Part shown: one piece after another, positions 1-13,769 of the stretch
How the letters are laid out: each line of letters starts with the position of its first letter
Position numbering within the stretch: position 1 is the first letter of the stretch
DNA from: Ramazzottius varieornatus
Taxonomy: Eukaryota > Animalia > Tardigrada
Direction of reading: 5' to 3'
Assembly (NCBI GenBank): GCA_001949185.1
Contig: BDGG01000002.1
Span: 6,500,448-6,564,447 of the forward strand
Length of the DNA: 64,000 nucleotides
The notes under the pieces: model-generated
Told to the model about the DNA's origin: nothing
Seen by the model: the letters and a program-made list of their open reading frames with translations, nothing else
Databases searched by the model: none
Position numbers and translations under genes: made by a program

Positions 1-3000
1 GCCTTGGATGGACCTTCAACGGCGACGGAAAGTCCGCCGGGACCTGCGTTCTGCGTGTTGATGGTGAAGTGTTGGTACTGGTCAGCTTCACCGTGGGTCA
101 AGCCGGGGCCATAGGCAGTGACGTTACCAGTGCCGGTGTTCTCGACTTGATCAACGAAGAACTTGAAGGGACTGCCTTGCAAGTGTACCCCGTTGCTCTT
201 AACGCTAAGCTCATGCTGACCTGCTTCGGTCGGTTGAAACCTAACTGTTACGGTACCGTCATTGTTGTTGGTCACTACAAGCAGAAACTAGAGTCAGAAC
301 TGGTCTTTGCAAACACAAGACAAACTGGATCGAAAAAGGAGAGGGAACTCACGCTGTGGCGTCGCCTGTTGTCCGGAAGGCATTGTTACAAGGGCTGGAA
401 ACAGAAAGCACGAAGGATGAATTAGATGCCGCTCTGTGCTGGAAGACTGTTCATGAACCAGAGAAGAAAGAACCTACCGCTGAGGTTACCACCGCCGGCA
501 GGGAAAGGAATACTCTTCAACTCTAGAGCTCGGTACTTGCGAGTAGTCGTACGCTCTACGGTCCTCTGGGTGATAACCTCTTCGGTTGTAGCCTGCAAAG
601 CAAGACAGGAGAAATTTAGATTCGTTCGACATTCCAGAAAGATAAAAAATCTGCCCGAGCTCTTTCAGGTCTCGCATAGGATGATCGATTTGGAACCAAC
701 AATAATTAACGGTATATCTGCATCCAAGGTGCAAGTTGCACTGTTAGCTGCCCCAGGAACTTCAAAGATATTTTCTGATTGCGAGTCCTCGATACTAGTA
801 TCGAAACCAAGTAGCCTGCTACAGAATATTCGAATATCATAGCTAGTTTCGTCAATGGGACTGAGCTCACGGAACTTTCCCAAGAAGGGCTCTAAGAATA
901 CCAGTGGAAACGTACCCTAAAACGGGTGGATAAAGAATCCCACTTCGATATACTCAGGTAATTCCGACAGATGATTGCACAGAGAATACGGATTAGCAAG
1001 CCAGGAAGTTCAAAAATGTCCAACCTAAAGAACTGTCTCCTGAGAGGAAGGGAAGGTTCGTAATGGTAGAGACGAACGAGGGGTGTGGAGACTGTTTACC
1101 AGCATATGCCTACTGCTGACAAGCTGTGCGACTTCTTTTGGTTTTTCTTTCTAAACATAACACTTCTTCCGCAGCTTCCCTGGTCGCGCGCCGATGTATC
1201 AACTGCATGTAGCCATCCGGTTGGTGGATGACTGCATGTGGCCATATATGTCGACATGTCTTCGTTGACTGTCGAGAGCTCGACGAGCTGGTGCCACCGT
1301 GCACGCTGCCTCGTTTGCTCGTCTTCCACCACGAGCGGCGCATCTCGTCAAAGCTCCTGTCATAAACCTAACAAGTTTTTCTTCACAATTTCCTTCAACT
1401 GGGATGCTTCTGGTCCAAAACATGACGTGGTGGAAGACCGGGTCAAAATCGTTGCGACTATCAATTACTCTTACGCCCAGAATAAACCCTTGTGTGTCAC
1501 AAGAACAACTCTGCTAACAACGCCGTACAACATATTGAGCTCCTCAGTGGTTCTTCGAGCAATCAAAATCTCTGTTGGAAATCTGTCAGCCAAGACTGCA
1601 GTTAATGAGGAACACTAACGACCACTGTGGTAGATAAATACTGATCTCAGCTTATTTCGACTTCCCTCATGACTGCCTGGCTTCAGGCAAAGCTTGGACT
1701 TGTGACTGCAGTCCTCGCCACACATCCTACCGCTGACGAGATTTATGCGACCAGACTATATAAGAGTTTTCATCTACCCTATCTTTCCTATGGTTAGAGT
1801 ACTACAAAAGCCAGCTTTCCTTACCTTAACCTTGAAAGTGCCTCCTGGGACAGGCTGACCACCAAACTTGACGTTGATCGTGTGTTCGCCGGCTTCTCTT
1901 ATGGTGTAAAACAAACTGCAAAAGGCCCTCGTAAATAAGTATCATCGCGCCCAAGATCAAATAACTCGAGAATTAGGCTTCTGCTACTAGTTACCTGATA
2001 GTTCCATCACCATTGTCTTGAACATCGACCGACATGGCTTGATCGGAAGTGGTACTGGTACTGGACGAAGTGATCTTGCAGGTGACGTTTCCGACCCCGG
2101 CTTGTGTCTTGTTGACGGTGATGCGGTACTCTTGGTTGATGACGACTTGTTCATGGACACCTTCGGTAATCTTGACTTTGGAAGCATCCCCAGTGGGGTA
2201 GGTCTTGATCTGGAACGGTGCTCCCTTGACCGGCTGGTTACCGTACAAGACGTTGATGTCGTAGTTGCCCAAGTCCTCCGGAACGTAGCGGACTTTGTAG
2301 GTCCCGTCGTTGAGGTCCTCGATCTGGGTACGGACAGGCTTGCCATCTGGTCCCTTGATGTTGACTTTCAGGTCTCCGTATCCGGCTTCGCGAGTGTCAA
2401 CGATGAACTCGGTGGGGAGACTAGCGGGAACACCGGCCTTGTTGACACCTTGCCCGGTGACCACGACTTTCTGGGGTTCGCAGGTAGGTAAAACTTTGGT
2501 CTGGAAAGGACTGCCTGGGATGTCGTTGCCACCATGCGTCACTCGGACTTTGCAGTTGGCACCTTCCGGTGGAGGAAGGTAGCTGACGTCGAAAGTTCCT
2601 AGAACATAGTGAAAAGAGTATTGAGACTGATCTGCCAAAGACAGTTTTCGAAAGACTTGCCATCGCCATTGTCGTGGACTTCCGGTCGTTTCGGTGCAGC
2701 TCCACGGTCTGATGTGACATCGACAGCCACTGGAGCTCGGCCAGATTTTGTCGCGTCGATCTTGAAGTTGGCTGGAGTGTTGGCTCGAACCTTGTTCGGC
2801 TCCACACCTGGTCCGTAGGCGCGCACTCGGCTAGAGTCAACTGGGTTGTCAATATGGACCTTAAACGGACTGCCTGGGATATGCTTGTCTGCAAAGACAA
2901 CAACACCGTTGACGTTCGAAAGCTAGTATACAGGCCCATTGTGCGTAATGCATGTGGTGGAATTCACACCGGCAAACTTGATAGTAATATCGTAGTCTCC

Positions 3001-6000
3001 GGCTTCAGTAGCGGTGTAGTCAACCAAGCAGGTTCCTGACGACAACAAACAAAATTAATCTTTTTCTTATATACGTAAAAATTCAAAGGTGGGATCAGAT
3101 ACCATCACGGTTGTCCTTGCATGTCATCTTGGCTTCCGAGGGACCTTCAATGGCCAAGGCAAGACCGCCAGTGCCGGCGCCTTTCGTTTCGACAGTGAAC
3201 TGGTTCGAGTGATGGGTGAAGCCTCCATTGAGACCGGGACCGTAAGCCTTGCACTTTGTGTGGTCCGATCCACGTACGGCGTTAACCTTGTACGCACTTC
3301 CGGGTACGGGGATACCTTCGTAGGTAATGTCCAGAGTATGTTTTCCTACAATACAACAACAATAAAACCGTCTTCAGAGAAACAACACTATAAAAGGGTC
3401 GTGCAATATTTACCTTCTTCGAAGACACTGTAGTCCACAACATAAGTGCCTAATAAACAAGAAACCGAACCCTAGCAGCAGGAAGTTACAAAAACAAAAC
3501 TCTTCGGGTCGAATTACCATCTTGTTTGTTGGAAACCAACGCCTCGGTTCGGATGCCAGTTGGGCTGGTGACGATCACTTTAACTTTGCCTTCGCCTTTT
3601 CTGGTCACGCTGCGAGCGTCAACCGTGAACTCGGTCATCGAATCCAAGAAGGCTCCTGTAAACATTTTCAAGTGCTAAATACTCGTCAAAAATAAGGAAG
3701 AAGCACGCAGAGAGTTCGCATAGCTCGTTGGAGTCACGTAACAGCTAGTACTAGAAAAGCGAGACTACCACCACCAAAATACCCTCTATGCCTGGACCGA
3801 ACACTTTGATGCCTGACACATCAGGACCCTTCTCGCTGCCTGGCGCCTTCGGTGCGCCCTCCGTTCCAGGGCCACCTGGACCTTCTCCCGGACCTGGCTT
3901 CTTGCCCACATCGGGAGCTGTCTTTCCACCAGGACCGCCAGGCCCACCAGGACCAGTGAAGCCGCCGGGAGCGCTTCCGGGTGTAGCGACACTAGGCTTC
4001 TCTCCAGCTGCATTGGGTGTAGCAGCTGCACCACCTTTTGGTGTAATCTCTGCCTTGAACGGAGCTTTAGGGACATTCTTCTTGTCGAAGGTGACACCGA
4101 TATTGTACTCTCCTGGTGCAGTCGGATGATACGTTGCATCTGCAACGAAAAGTCAGACGTTGAAACCACACTGAGGTGATATCAACGAAACAACAAAACT
4201 CACCGATGGTTCCATCTTTGTTGTCCACGGTTTCGATCTTACACTCCGTAGGTCCGTCGATATTCAACGACACAGGCGCCACTCCCGCCTTTCGCGTATC
4301 AATCCGGAACTTTGCCGGCACTCCCACTTCTCCTTTATGCAAGCCTGGTCCTTCCACCACAACTTTACTCACATCGGCGTTCGGCGACACCGTAAATTTC
4401 TGTGGCTGATTGGGTATCGCTTCACCCGCCACCTTAACCACCAGCTGACCCGGTCCAGCTTCCGTCGGGATGAAGTCCACCAGGACTCCATCTCCTTCCG
4501 GTGCGGGTGTCAGCTTCACCGGTACAACCTTGCCACTTGCAGTCGTAATGTCCGCCGTCACGTCCTTCACATCCAAGTAAGGCTTACCAGCCACCCCCGG
4601 CGGCGCACCCTTTCCACCACTCGTCACATTCACCGGTGTTTGTGGCACGGGCGCTGCGTGGGCCTTCGCTTGTTGTTGCGTATCTGGCGTCTTCCCAGTG
4701 GAACTCGCTGTGACCGAGTCTGTTGGCACAGCTGATGCAGCCAGACTAAAGCTCTTGATTTTACCATCGGGTGCCGAACTGCTTTGACCAGGTTGGGCCA
4801 TGTTGGGCTTGCCTGGTACAGCTGGACGACCAGTGCTGGGTGTGGCCTGACCTTGTTGGGCTACTGGTGCCATACCGGCACTTGCTGTTTGAGGCTGCCC
4901 TGCTTGACCAGCGGGACCTGAGAGAGACGGTTTCCTACCGAAGACTGTTTCGGATATGACTGGCTTATTATCTTGTGGGTTCCACTTCGCGTCATTCCTA
5001 GCGGGAGCTGTGGACCCGGGCTGACCGTTCTGTGGAGCACCAGCAGGTCCTTTGCCGGTAGAAGACACATCAACGGGTCCTTGAGGACCTTTGCCAGTGG
5101 AAGACACGTCGACTGGTCGACCTGATGGAGCTGCCTGTTGACCTAAAGAGGCCTGGTGTGCATCTGGGTGTTTGCCGGAAGAGGCAACGTTGAAGGGCTG
5201 CTGTGGTAGACCAGCTGCCGACATAGGCTGTCCTCGGCCTGTGGAAGAGGTGTCGACAGGTGTAGCCATGTTGTCCACGTACACTGGCTTGGTTGCGAGG
5301 ATCTTGAGCTGCTGGCGAGAGTTGATCGGAACAGCTAATTTTTAAAAGGAAAAGTTGTTGGTGTTTTTCTGAATTTCTCATCGGTCTGAGTTGAGTCAAT
5401 GGTAAGTAGTGTACGCATCCGTGCCTGAATCCATTAGAGCGACGTTGAGGAACTCAAAGCTCCATCACGATGGTCACGTACGACATTCTTGACATTGAAC
5501 AGCTAATTTCTCGCATGCTTGTCGCTGGAACTTTTCTTTGTGTGTTCAGCTGTTAGACGCAGCGTCAAAGACGGTGTGTCAGCAGAAATTACGTATCGTA
5601 TTACGACAGAGGGATCTTTCTCATGCAGCATGCTGTTGTTTTACGACGACGACTGGAACGCCTTGTTACTTACTAAGACTTGGTGTTTAGTCCGGCAGAA
5701 GAGTCAATCGTTTTACGACGACCAGAACGAAGCAGAAGCCACAGACAAGCCTTTTCAAAATATCGATAAGCCACTTACTTTGTTCGAGGCCTTCGACGCG
5801 AATACCGCTGACGTCGATATGTGGCGCCACCTGGACCTTGATGGGCGAGGCGGGTACTTCCTTGCCGGCGAACATGACGGTGACTTTGTAGGTTCCGGGG
5901 CTTGGAGCAGTGTAGTCTACTGTGAAGGTTCCGTCTCGATTGTCGTTGATCTTGAAGGGAACATCTTGTCCCTTCTCGTTTTGAAGAGCGATCTGGACAT

Positions 6001-9000
6001 CACCGGGACCAGCATGCGCACAGTCCACAGTAAAGTGCGTCGGTGTTGCTGTGCGAATACCGGGCTCAACACCAGGACCGTAGACGCGAACTTTGCCTGG
6101 ATTAGTTGGCTCCTGAACGTACACCTACGGAAGAAACTTATTGCCTATGATTCCTCTTCAAAAATTCAATTATTGTATTTATTTTCTGTCGGTTTTTTCC
6201 CCGTCGATATTTCGTAACTTACTCGAAAAGGACTCTTCGGGACAGCTACTCCGGCGTAGTTGACTTGGACAGTATGTTTCACGCTTCTCGTAGCGGTGTA
6301 TGTGCACTTGTAAGTGCCATCACCGTTGTCGCGGACCGTGACATTCACTGGGTTGTAGTCTTGATCCATCACGCTGACATGCAAAGGAGCCTTGCCAGCC
6401 GACTTCGCGTCAATGGTGAATTCGGTGGGGCGACCTGTCTGCACACCTTCCGGCTCGACACCGGGTCCGAAGACCTTGACTAGGTCTGGGTTAACTCCGT
6501 TGGGCATCGGTGTGATCTGGGCCATGAAGGGACTGCCTGGGATATCCTCGTCGTTGCAGAGGACGTGGACGGCGTACTCACCAGGAGCGGTCGGCCAGTA
6601 CTTGACGTCCGCTGTCTGGTCACCATTATCTTTGCAGTCGATCTTGGCCTGACTGGGTCCTTCAATCGAAAAGCCTGAAAAAGCAGAACGATGACGCTCT
6701 TGACACTTTAAGTGGACGGTCAAATTTTCATTCACGATATCGCCCACCTGCATACTAAAGTAGCGAATAGAACATACAGCTCCATTGTATGCAGGTGCGT
6801 GGAAACTGTATTGTATTACTGTATTCTGTGTTAGTCTGATAATTGAAATTTTCTTTTTAGAGATACTTGAACCACACTGCCAAGTAATTACCCAACGGCG
6901 CGGTTTCGCCGTTCATTTCCACGCTGAAGTCAGCTGAGTGTCCGACCACGCCACCCTCCAAACCTGGTCCAAAGGCTCGCACTTTTGACGTAATGTATTT
7001 TCCCACGTTGACTTCGAAAGGGGACTTTGGCACTTCCTGGCCTCCGTACGTGATGATCACGGAGTAGCGGCCAGGCGACTTAGGGAAATACTTAAACTCG
7101 GTCGTAGTAGCGTCAATCTTCTTCGAGTCGTATACTTCCTGTACGCCACCAGGACCGATGATTTTGACTTCCAGCTTGCCTTCGCCGGCACCTTCGGTGT
7201 AGACCCGGAAGTCGGCCACATCGCGAACGCGGACACCATTTTTCTGGAGACCGCGACCGGTACATCTGACCTTCCTCGCATCGCTCACTGCGGAACAAAC
7301 TTAGTGAATCATTTGACAAACTCGTAAGCGTTTAAGTCCTTGCCTGGTCCGATCTTCACTCCGAACGGGCTATTTGGAATCGGCTTTCCGGCGAAAAAGA
7401 CATTAACAGAGTGAAGACCGAGCTCCTTGGCGGTATAGTCGACTCTCCAAACTCCGTCAGGCATTTGCTTGACGTTAGGAACCACCTTCAAGGGAAGAAA
7501 AGTTTCGACCGGTCTCTTTGAGCGTAATTTACATTCTGAGGCATAAGTGAGGAAAAGGAAACTTACAGCATCTTTCTTTCCAGAAGGGTCCATGATGATG
7601 ACTTCCACTAGACCGTCACCCGCTCCCTTGGTAAAGACCTCAAACCAGGTTGCTTTCCCGATCTGGTTTCCGGTGGCTTCCAGACCAGGACCCTTCGCGG
7701 TAACCTTAGTAGCGTCACCGGCGTACCCACGAACGTCCACATCGAACGGACTTTTTGGTACGTCCTTTCCGGCGAACTGGACAGCCACTCGGTGATGGCC
7801 TTCCATCTTCGGCACATACTGGCAAGAGTAGGTCTTGTTTCTGTCGTTGTTAAACTTCACGCCGGCCTAAAATGGTCAAATTGTAAAAATGAACCATTCG
7901 CAAGACTACACCATCGACACAGCCGGAAGTGTATCTTACAGCAACAGGTCCGCCATCTGGACCAGTGACTTGGACATCGACGTTACCGGCACCAGCGGAG
8001 AATGTCTCGACCGTAAACTTAGCTGGGATACCGACTTTGTTACCGGGCTCCAGACCTGGACCATAAGCTCGAACTTTGTTAGGCGCGAGCTTGCCATGGA
8101 GTGGCGCACCAGGTTTCAGTCTCGCGTTAGGGAACTGTGACAAGTACGTCATCATGGACAATTCGTCGACATTGGGATTGACCATATCTTCCGGCAGAAC
8201 GAGCTGAGGCACGTTCAACCAGTCCTCTGCCAACTTCATGGCTTCGGTGGCGTTGGCCTTGGCGTTCTTCGGATTCCAATCCGCCCAGTCAGGGCAAAGG
8301 CCTGTTAGAAAAACAAGGTTCTCACGCTGCGTAAGATGATGATTAGGCAAGAGTGAAAGGGTGTACTGAAAACCAAGAAGTACCTGGTGCGACTGCATCG
8401 ACTAGAGCTCCAACTGCCCGACCGTCGTTCCAGTCGGATGTGAAGTTGGTGATGGGCAGGTCGGGAATCTTGTTTTGGATCCATCGTAACAAGCGTTGTT
8501 TCGGGGTGAGTTCTTTGGCGCCTTCGTCCTCGTCGCCCCACATGGGCATCGAAATGGAGTAGTGGAGAATCAGCGTCCAAATCAGACCGAGAATCAGCTT
8601 CAGACGACCATCGACGATGTCTGTACTGTCTGTAAAACAAAACACAAAAAGTCAAAACCTTGTTTTGAGAATGTCCGTATAGAATATCGTTGTATGATTG
8701 ACAGTTCGAAAGGAACAGTCTTCACAGCGATGTTTAACCCATTACAAAATCACAGCAGTACATGTCAAGTTTCAATCGTGGAACCATCAAAAAGTTTGTT
8801 CTTCGCGCTTCGAACAATCAAGCACAATGTAATACATATGGAACGTTAACGAGGGTATGAGGACAACATCGTGTTTTTCTTTGTCAAGTTTTTTTAAATT
8901 GCAAACACGCTGCATGTTTTTCTAATCGTTTTTGAGGAATCAGGATATCATCACCTGGGTGGGCCAGAATAGCAGCTGGTACCTCTTTTACGACTAGTAC

Positions 9001-11175
9001 TACTGTAAATTTACAGGCTGTGTTCGACCTTGTAAAAAGGGCGGTGGTGCGAAGAAAATTATTGTTTTTAAATTCAAATAGTAATTAGAAATCGACCGCC
9101 CGAAGCAATGCTAATATGATTAACGGAGATAAAGTCGATGAAAATCGAACCGAAAACTCTACGCACCCGATTTTGAATCTTACTCTACAAGGTTCAAAAG
9201 AATACGATCTGTTTTGCACGGAGTCTTCTGGAAGAACTCGGGTTTTTTTGTTTGTTATGCGGTCCAACAGAAAATATGCTGATCTGCCATAGCGTATATT
9301 CGTTGTCTGACAGCAAACAAAAGCTGACGGGATTGGTGACGCTTACGGACGATTATCATATTATGCGCGGCATCAAAAAAAGAGCGCGAGACCCATGCAA
9401 GAAGGATAGTAACACATGTGCTGTTTTGCTAAATGGCGGACGGCTGAATGGATCAGACCAAATACGGCAACGACAGAACAAGCTCTTCCGCCAAGCCATC
9501 AATATCCTATATCATTCATACCGGCTTAAAGTTTCGTGGTCAACTATTCTTGCTAGACAAGTTTCCACTGCAGCAAATACGATTCTTCACCGTACATTGG
9601 CCCGAACACCACTCTGTCGACATGAAAGTTCAATTACGTTATCCGCGCAATGTCATATTCTTTAACCCTTCAATGAGTTCCTCAAATGGGACGTCGGCAA
9701 TCGATTTCAGCTCAGATTGTTGTTCCAAGTTGCGCACGTTTCCAGTGTCGGCAGCTAAGAAACTGCGCCAGTCACGTATTCACATACAACGTATTGACAT
9801 ACAATCACCAAGGTTCTTCGCTCGCAGATACATCTCAAAAATTAGGCCAGAATTTTAGACGATTCTCTTTTCCTCACAAAGGGATTTCCGGCTTGAGCAT
9901 GTACTGATTTTAGGTTTTCTCCTGAATAAAATGGACCGATCACTTTTAGATTAGATTATTTGTTCTCGGCTTCTCGCTTAGGCTATCTTCGACCTTTGGC
10001 ATTTTCACACCTCGATACACTTTGGACGCGGCATGTAGTTTAAGAGTTCACAATATTGGACGGGCAGATGTGCATGCGTAAACTATTTTTGCTGCCACAG
10101 ACGACACACAAAATTTCAATATTACACAAGACGATTAAGGTGCTGGTCATGCCATCATGGCGCTATCAGTCGTGACTGTGAAGTGCAACTCACTTCATAC
10201 ACTTTACACTTGGCTGCATCCCCCATCAAACTTCATTCCAACCTCCGCCATAAAAAAAGTGGTCGCGGCTGTCAGACTATTCCATTTTTTCTCACCACCT
10301 GACAATATAAAGACCCACCACAGTTCCGGTCAAGAGAAGCCTTCACGCCCAAGTAGTCCCTGAAGAGAAAACTCTTCGGAGAAGCTTGGACGTCCATACA
10401 TCCGAAACTTTCCCCTCGCGAAACATCGGAGCTTGACTCTTGAGAACGCTGCGTCACGATCTGAGATCTCATATACCTAATACGTGGAGGGCTTCGTAAG
10501 AGATGCTCTACGGATATGATCAAACTTACCGATGTTGACAAGCTTGATGTTTTCATCTTCTTGAAGAAAGTTCAAGGCGACCGAAACATTTTCCAGCTTC
10601 TGTGATCGAAACGTCGGTCTTTTGTTGTGACGAGGTAGCTTCTTTCCACTCAAAACTTCAATTAGGGCGATTAGCCTATAAGTAATCCAAAGTAACACGT
10701 TAATCCCAAGGCACTTCCGGTCGACAGATATAGTCCGGTCGTCGGAAAAACATCAAGAAATCACCGTAATCCATCGCCCAAGTCCGTTTCGAGATCGCCA
10801 ATGTTCTTGTTGACGGTCTTGAGATGCTCATTCGCCCATCGCGTAAACGTGTTTTGCTGGATTCTCTTCCAGGGAGCATCGTCAGCAAGTTGAGCCTGCA
10901 TTTTAGACAACATGATAAGATAACAGTCGACTTCCGGTCATCAGATTCAAAGCTTACAGTACCTCGGTGGCGGGCATGTCTTCGTCCCCGTCTCCCACAA
11001 GTCGGGGTTCCTTATCGATGTCTTCCTCTTTCTGTGGAACTTGTTGAGGTGGAGAAGGATGCGCTTGTTGTTGGCCCGCGGGATTCGACTGTTGTTGCGG
11101 AGTTTTCGACTGCGGCGATTGTTGCCCGATGACTGATGGCCGGTTCTCGATGGTGGACCCTTTTCTTTGATTCAT
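1..11175 (-). CDS. cher: Filamin (cheerio-like): CH1-CH2 actin-binding domain, 13 Ig repeats, hinge, then repeats 14-15; 3' end lies beyond the window start
   Basis: About 22 exons: 10963-11175, 10765-10895 ([26 protein letters not shown]), 10530-10675, 8384-8628 ([18 protein letters not shown]), 7940-8301, 7568-7866, 7344-7484, 6892-7287, 6223-6674, 5779-6124, 4204-5334, 3783-4139, 3518-3655, 3413-3449, 3103-3345, 2970-3035, 2661-2888, 1995-2598, 1824-1916, 478-592 (hinge), 353-394, <1-274. Repeated KVRAYGPGL...GSPF filamin Ig signatures. Boundaries may be off by a base or two. Confidence 0.97.
9688..9785. repeat. Palindromic element family copy A (filamin intron; right arm degraded)
   Basis: GGGACGTCGGCAA...gattgttgttccAAGTtGCGCACG...tgcgccagt. 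Confidence 0.65.
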
Positions 11176-13343
11176 GATTGCGTTGATCTATTGAATGAAA
11201 CATACGATTAGTCAGTGTCCGTACGCAACAGGTGGCTCTATTGTCACACAGGTCTGTGCTGAATGGGCGTGTTTTCCTGCCAGCTTTACTTGGTGTTGTT
11301 TTGATTGTTGGCACTGCCCACCGGGGCACCACCAAAATGGAAAATTGAAGATATTGCTCGTCTACGCCCAAAGCTGCCCCGTTTGGTCCGCGCAACCCTG
11401 TTCGAGTCGAATGACTGAGCCATAACACTGCAGTCTTACAGACTTCCGGCTTTGGCTACAGGTGATGAGCCAGCTTTGATGAGGCATAGCCGCTCAACTT
11501 ATCCATGTAAGAATGCCGTAAAAAAACCGAAATGAATGTGCTTCATACATCTTTATGCTGTCCACGCCTCCATGTACCTAATACGGTAATACGGTAATAG
11601 TTTACTGAAAGCTGGGCGAAGACGCTCACGAAGCGTAGGTTACATCGTGGACCACAAGACAGCAACTGTTGTCGTTTGATGAATACCTGCGATTGCTCAT
11701 GGGCTGGCGAGAAGCCTGAATCAACTTGACTCACTCAGAAGATCGATTTAGTCAAGAACCCAAGTTGTGGTTAGGCTGCAGGCTCGCGGAGTTCGATACC
11801 CTTGAGGTTCCTCACTGCGCCCTGTGGACACCTTCATGGACGGCGGACCCTCTTTACGATTTCAGACTCAGCGGAATATTCCGCGTTGAGAACGACCCTC
11901 ACCGTGGGTCAGCTCAGAAAACGTTTATTAAGTCCATGCTTTCACTCCTCCAAAAAGTTCAACTCTTCCAACTCCTCGCGTGCTTTCAAAGACTGCTTTG
12001 GAGGCCAAGAATGCTCAATAGACTAGTCGTGGTTACTCAAAGGTCCCTTCAGACTGCTGAACCAACGTTTACTCAGCGCTGCCATGAGGTTGACACGCCA
12101 TCTGGTGGACACCAAACAAGGAAGTCACAATCGTGCTCTGGCACTTGACAGTGCTACACAATGCACATACAAGCGCAGTGCGTGTGTTTTACGGTACGCG
12201 TAAAGAGAGAACTTTTGTGAACATTGGACGGGAATTCGAATGAACCTTACCTTCAAGGACTACAAGATAATAGACCGGAACAAATCCGAGGACTGATAAG
12301 CACGAGGGCTGCGTGGAAGCAGGTAAATAACAAAGGGCCTGTTGATACTTTAGCTACGTCAATACTGTTGACAGTAGTGGTACCCGAGCACGGTGCTCGA
12401 ATAAAATCGAGGAAGGTTTGTCGGAATAAATGGGCATCCAGGGGAGCTCAAGAACACGGAACTGCAAACACAGCACACAACTGAAGATCGACTTGGCGAC
12501 GGCGTTGACCGACGTGGCCTGGAACACTTCGAACTGATAGAGACAACGCGGTGGAACTTCTGTTCCGACAGCTCCGAGATGCTGTCTTGAAATTCCAAGT
12601 CAACCGGCAGGAGGATGCCTCATCGACGTTGTAACCCATACAGCAACAGTTCAGGAACGTGACATATAGGGATGCGTACAAGTGTGAGGTTGTGGGACAT
12701 CTACTATACATCTGCTCTTCGAGAGAGCACTGAGCGAAAGCGCAACCTCCGCAGACTCTGTTCTTACTTCCGCCAAGCTGCATATTATGGCATGCGCAGC
12801 CACGAGAGTTTCATACTCGAGCTATTTTAGTCCCAGTGCACTGCTGTCATCCTTGTGCTGGCCGAAACATGTTTACAGACGTTAAATGTTTCCTGTCGAT
12901 GGATATTCCAAGTGTTTTTGAACAACTGTACATAAAAAGCAGCGCTGTGGTGCATCTAGAAGAGGGTAAAACTGTATCCGCGTTCGCGTTCCTGAACACT
13001 AACAAAGCCCAAACGTCGAGCTTTCAGGCACACGATACTTTCCCGTGGACCGATAAAAGCCTAAGCAACCGTGTTTGAGAGACAGCTTCTGCAACAGCAC
13101 TTGGCATCACTGTGGGGATCTATTAGTAAAGCTTTTTTGAACGCTTGAACCTTCATAGAGGATTGGCTGAAACAATGAAAAAACAGAGGATCGAACATTT
13201 GCTGCACGATCAGAACAAGTGGCAGATAAAGCGTCGCGTTTTTAATTACTGTAGTCCCTCGATAGTTCTGCGAATTACGTCATCATGCCAGTAAATTACA
13301 CCCGCACTGGTATCCCTGATTGTTTGATTGTCGCCCATCATCA

Positions 13344-13508
13344 CAGTGTACGACAAAACTAACCGTTAAAAATGGGCGTAACACTCCAGCTGAGCTTACT
13401 TACGACTCGGCCAATGAAAATTAGGTTTTGCTACATGCGCAAATTTCATTGGCTTTGACTATCTGGCTCCATGCAACCATTTTCAACGGTTTATTCTATT
13501 CTACACTG
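13344..13508. mobile_element. 165 bp MITE with ~32 bp TIRs (CAGTGTA...TACACTG), Tc1/mariner-like
   Basis: Left end CAGTGTAcgacaaaactAACCGTTaAAAATGG matches the reverse complement of the right end, CAGTGTAgaatagaataAACCGTTgAAAATGG. Inner inverted pair GCCAATGAAA/TTTCATTGGC. Right flank TA, left flank CA. Confidence 0.75.
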
Positions 13509-13769
13509 TACACTTGACTGGGGAGCAGTCTTTGATTGAAGGTATATATACTTTCTGTTCCCCGCCGGATGATATTTACCACGACAGTCACGTGATTCGC
13601 AGAACTTTTGAGGGATTACAGTACGGTATGTCATGTTGCACTGACTGTTGAGAAGCGGGACAATCTTTAATGGCAGCAGGGATATGATGGATTAATTGCG
13701 GCTCAATTATACATGAACTGCAGATTAGTTCACCGGCGAAAGATCTTCAGCATTAGAGAAACGGATACT

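Noticed and set aside
3820-4000. Collagen domain in filamin
   Set aside because: The Gly-X-Y register is not sustained; better described as a GPGG linker.
2018-8849. Long plus-strand ORFs over filamin (e.g. 5519-6217, 2018-2491, 3788-4129)
   Set aside because: Antisense shadows of codon-biased filamin exons; no independent domain or splice structure.
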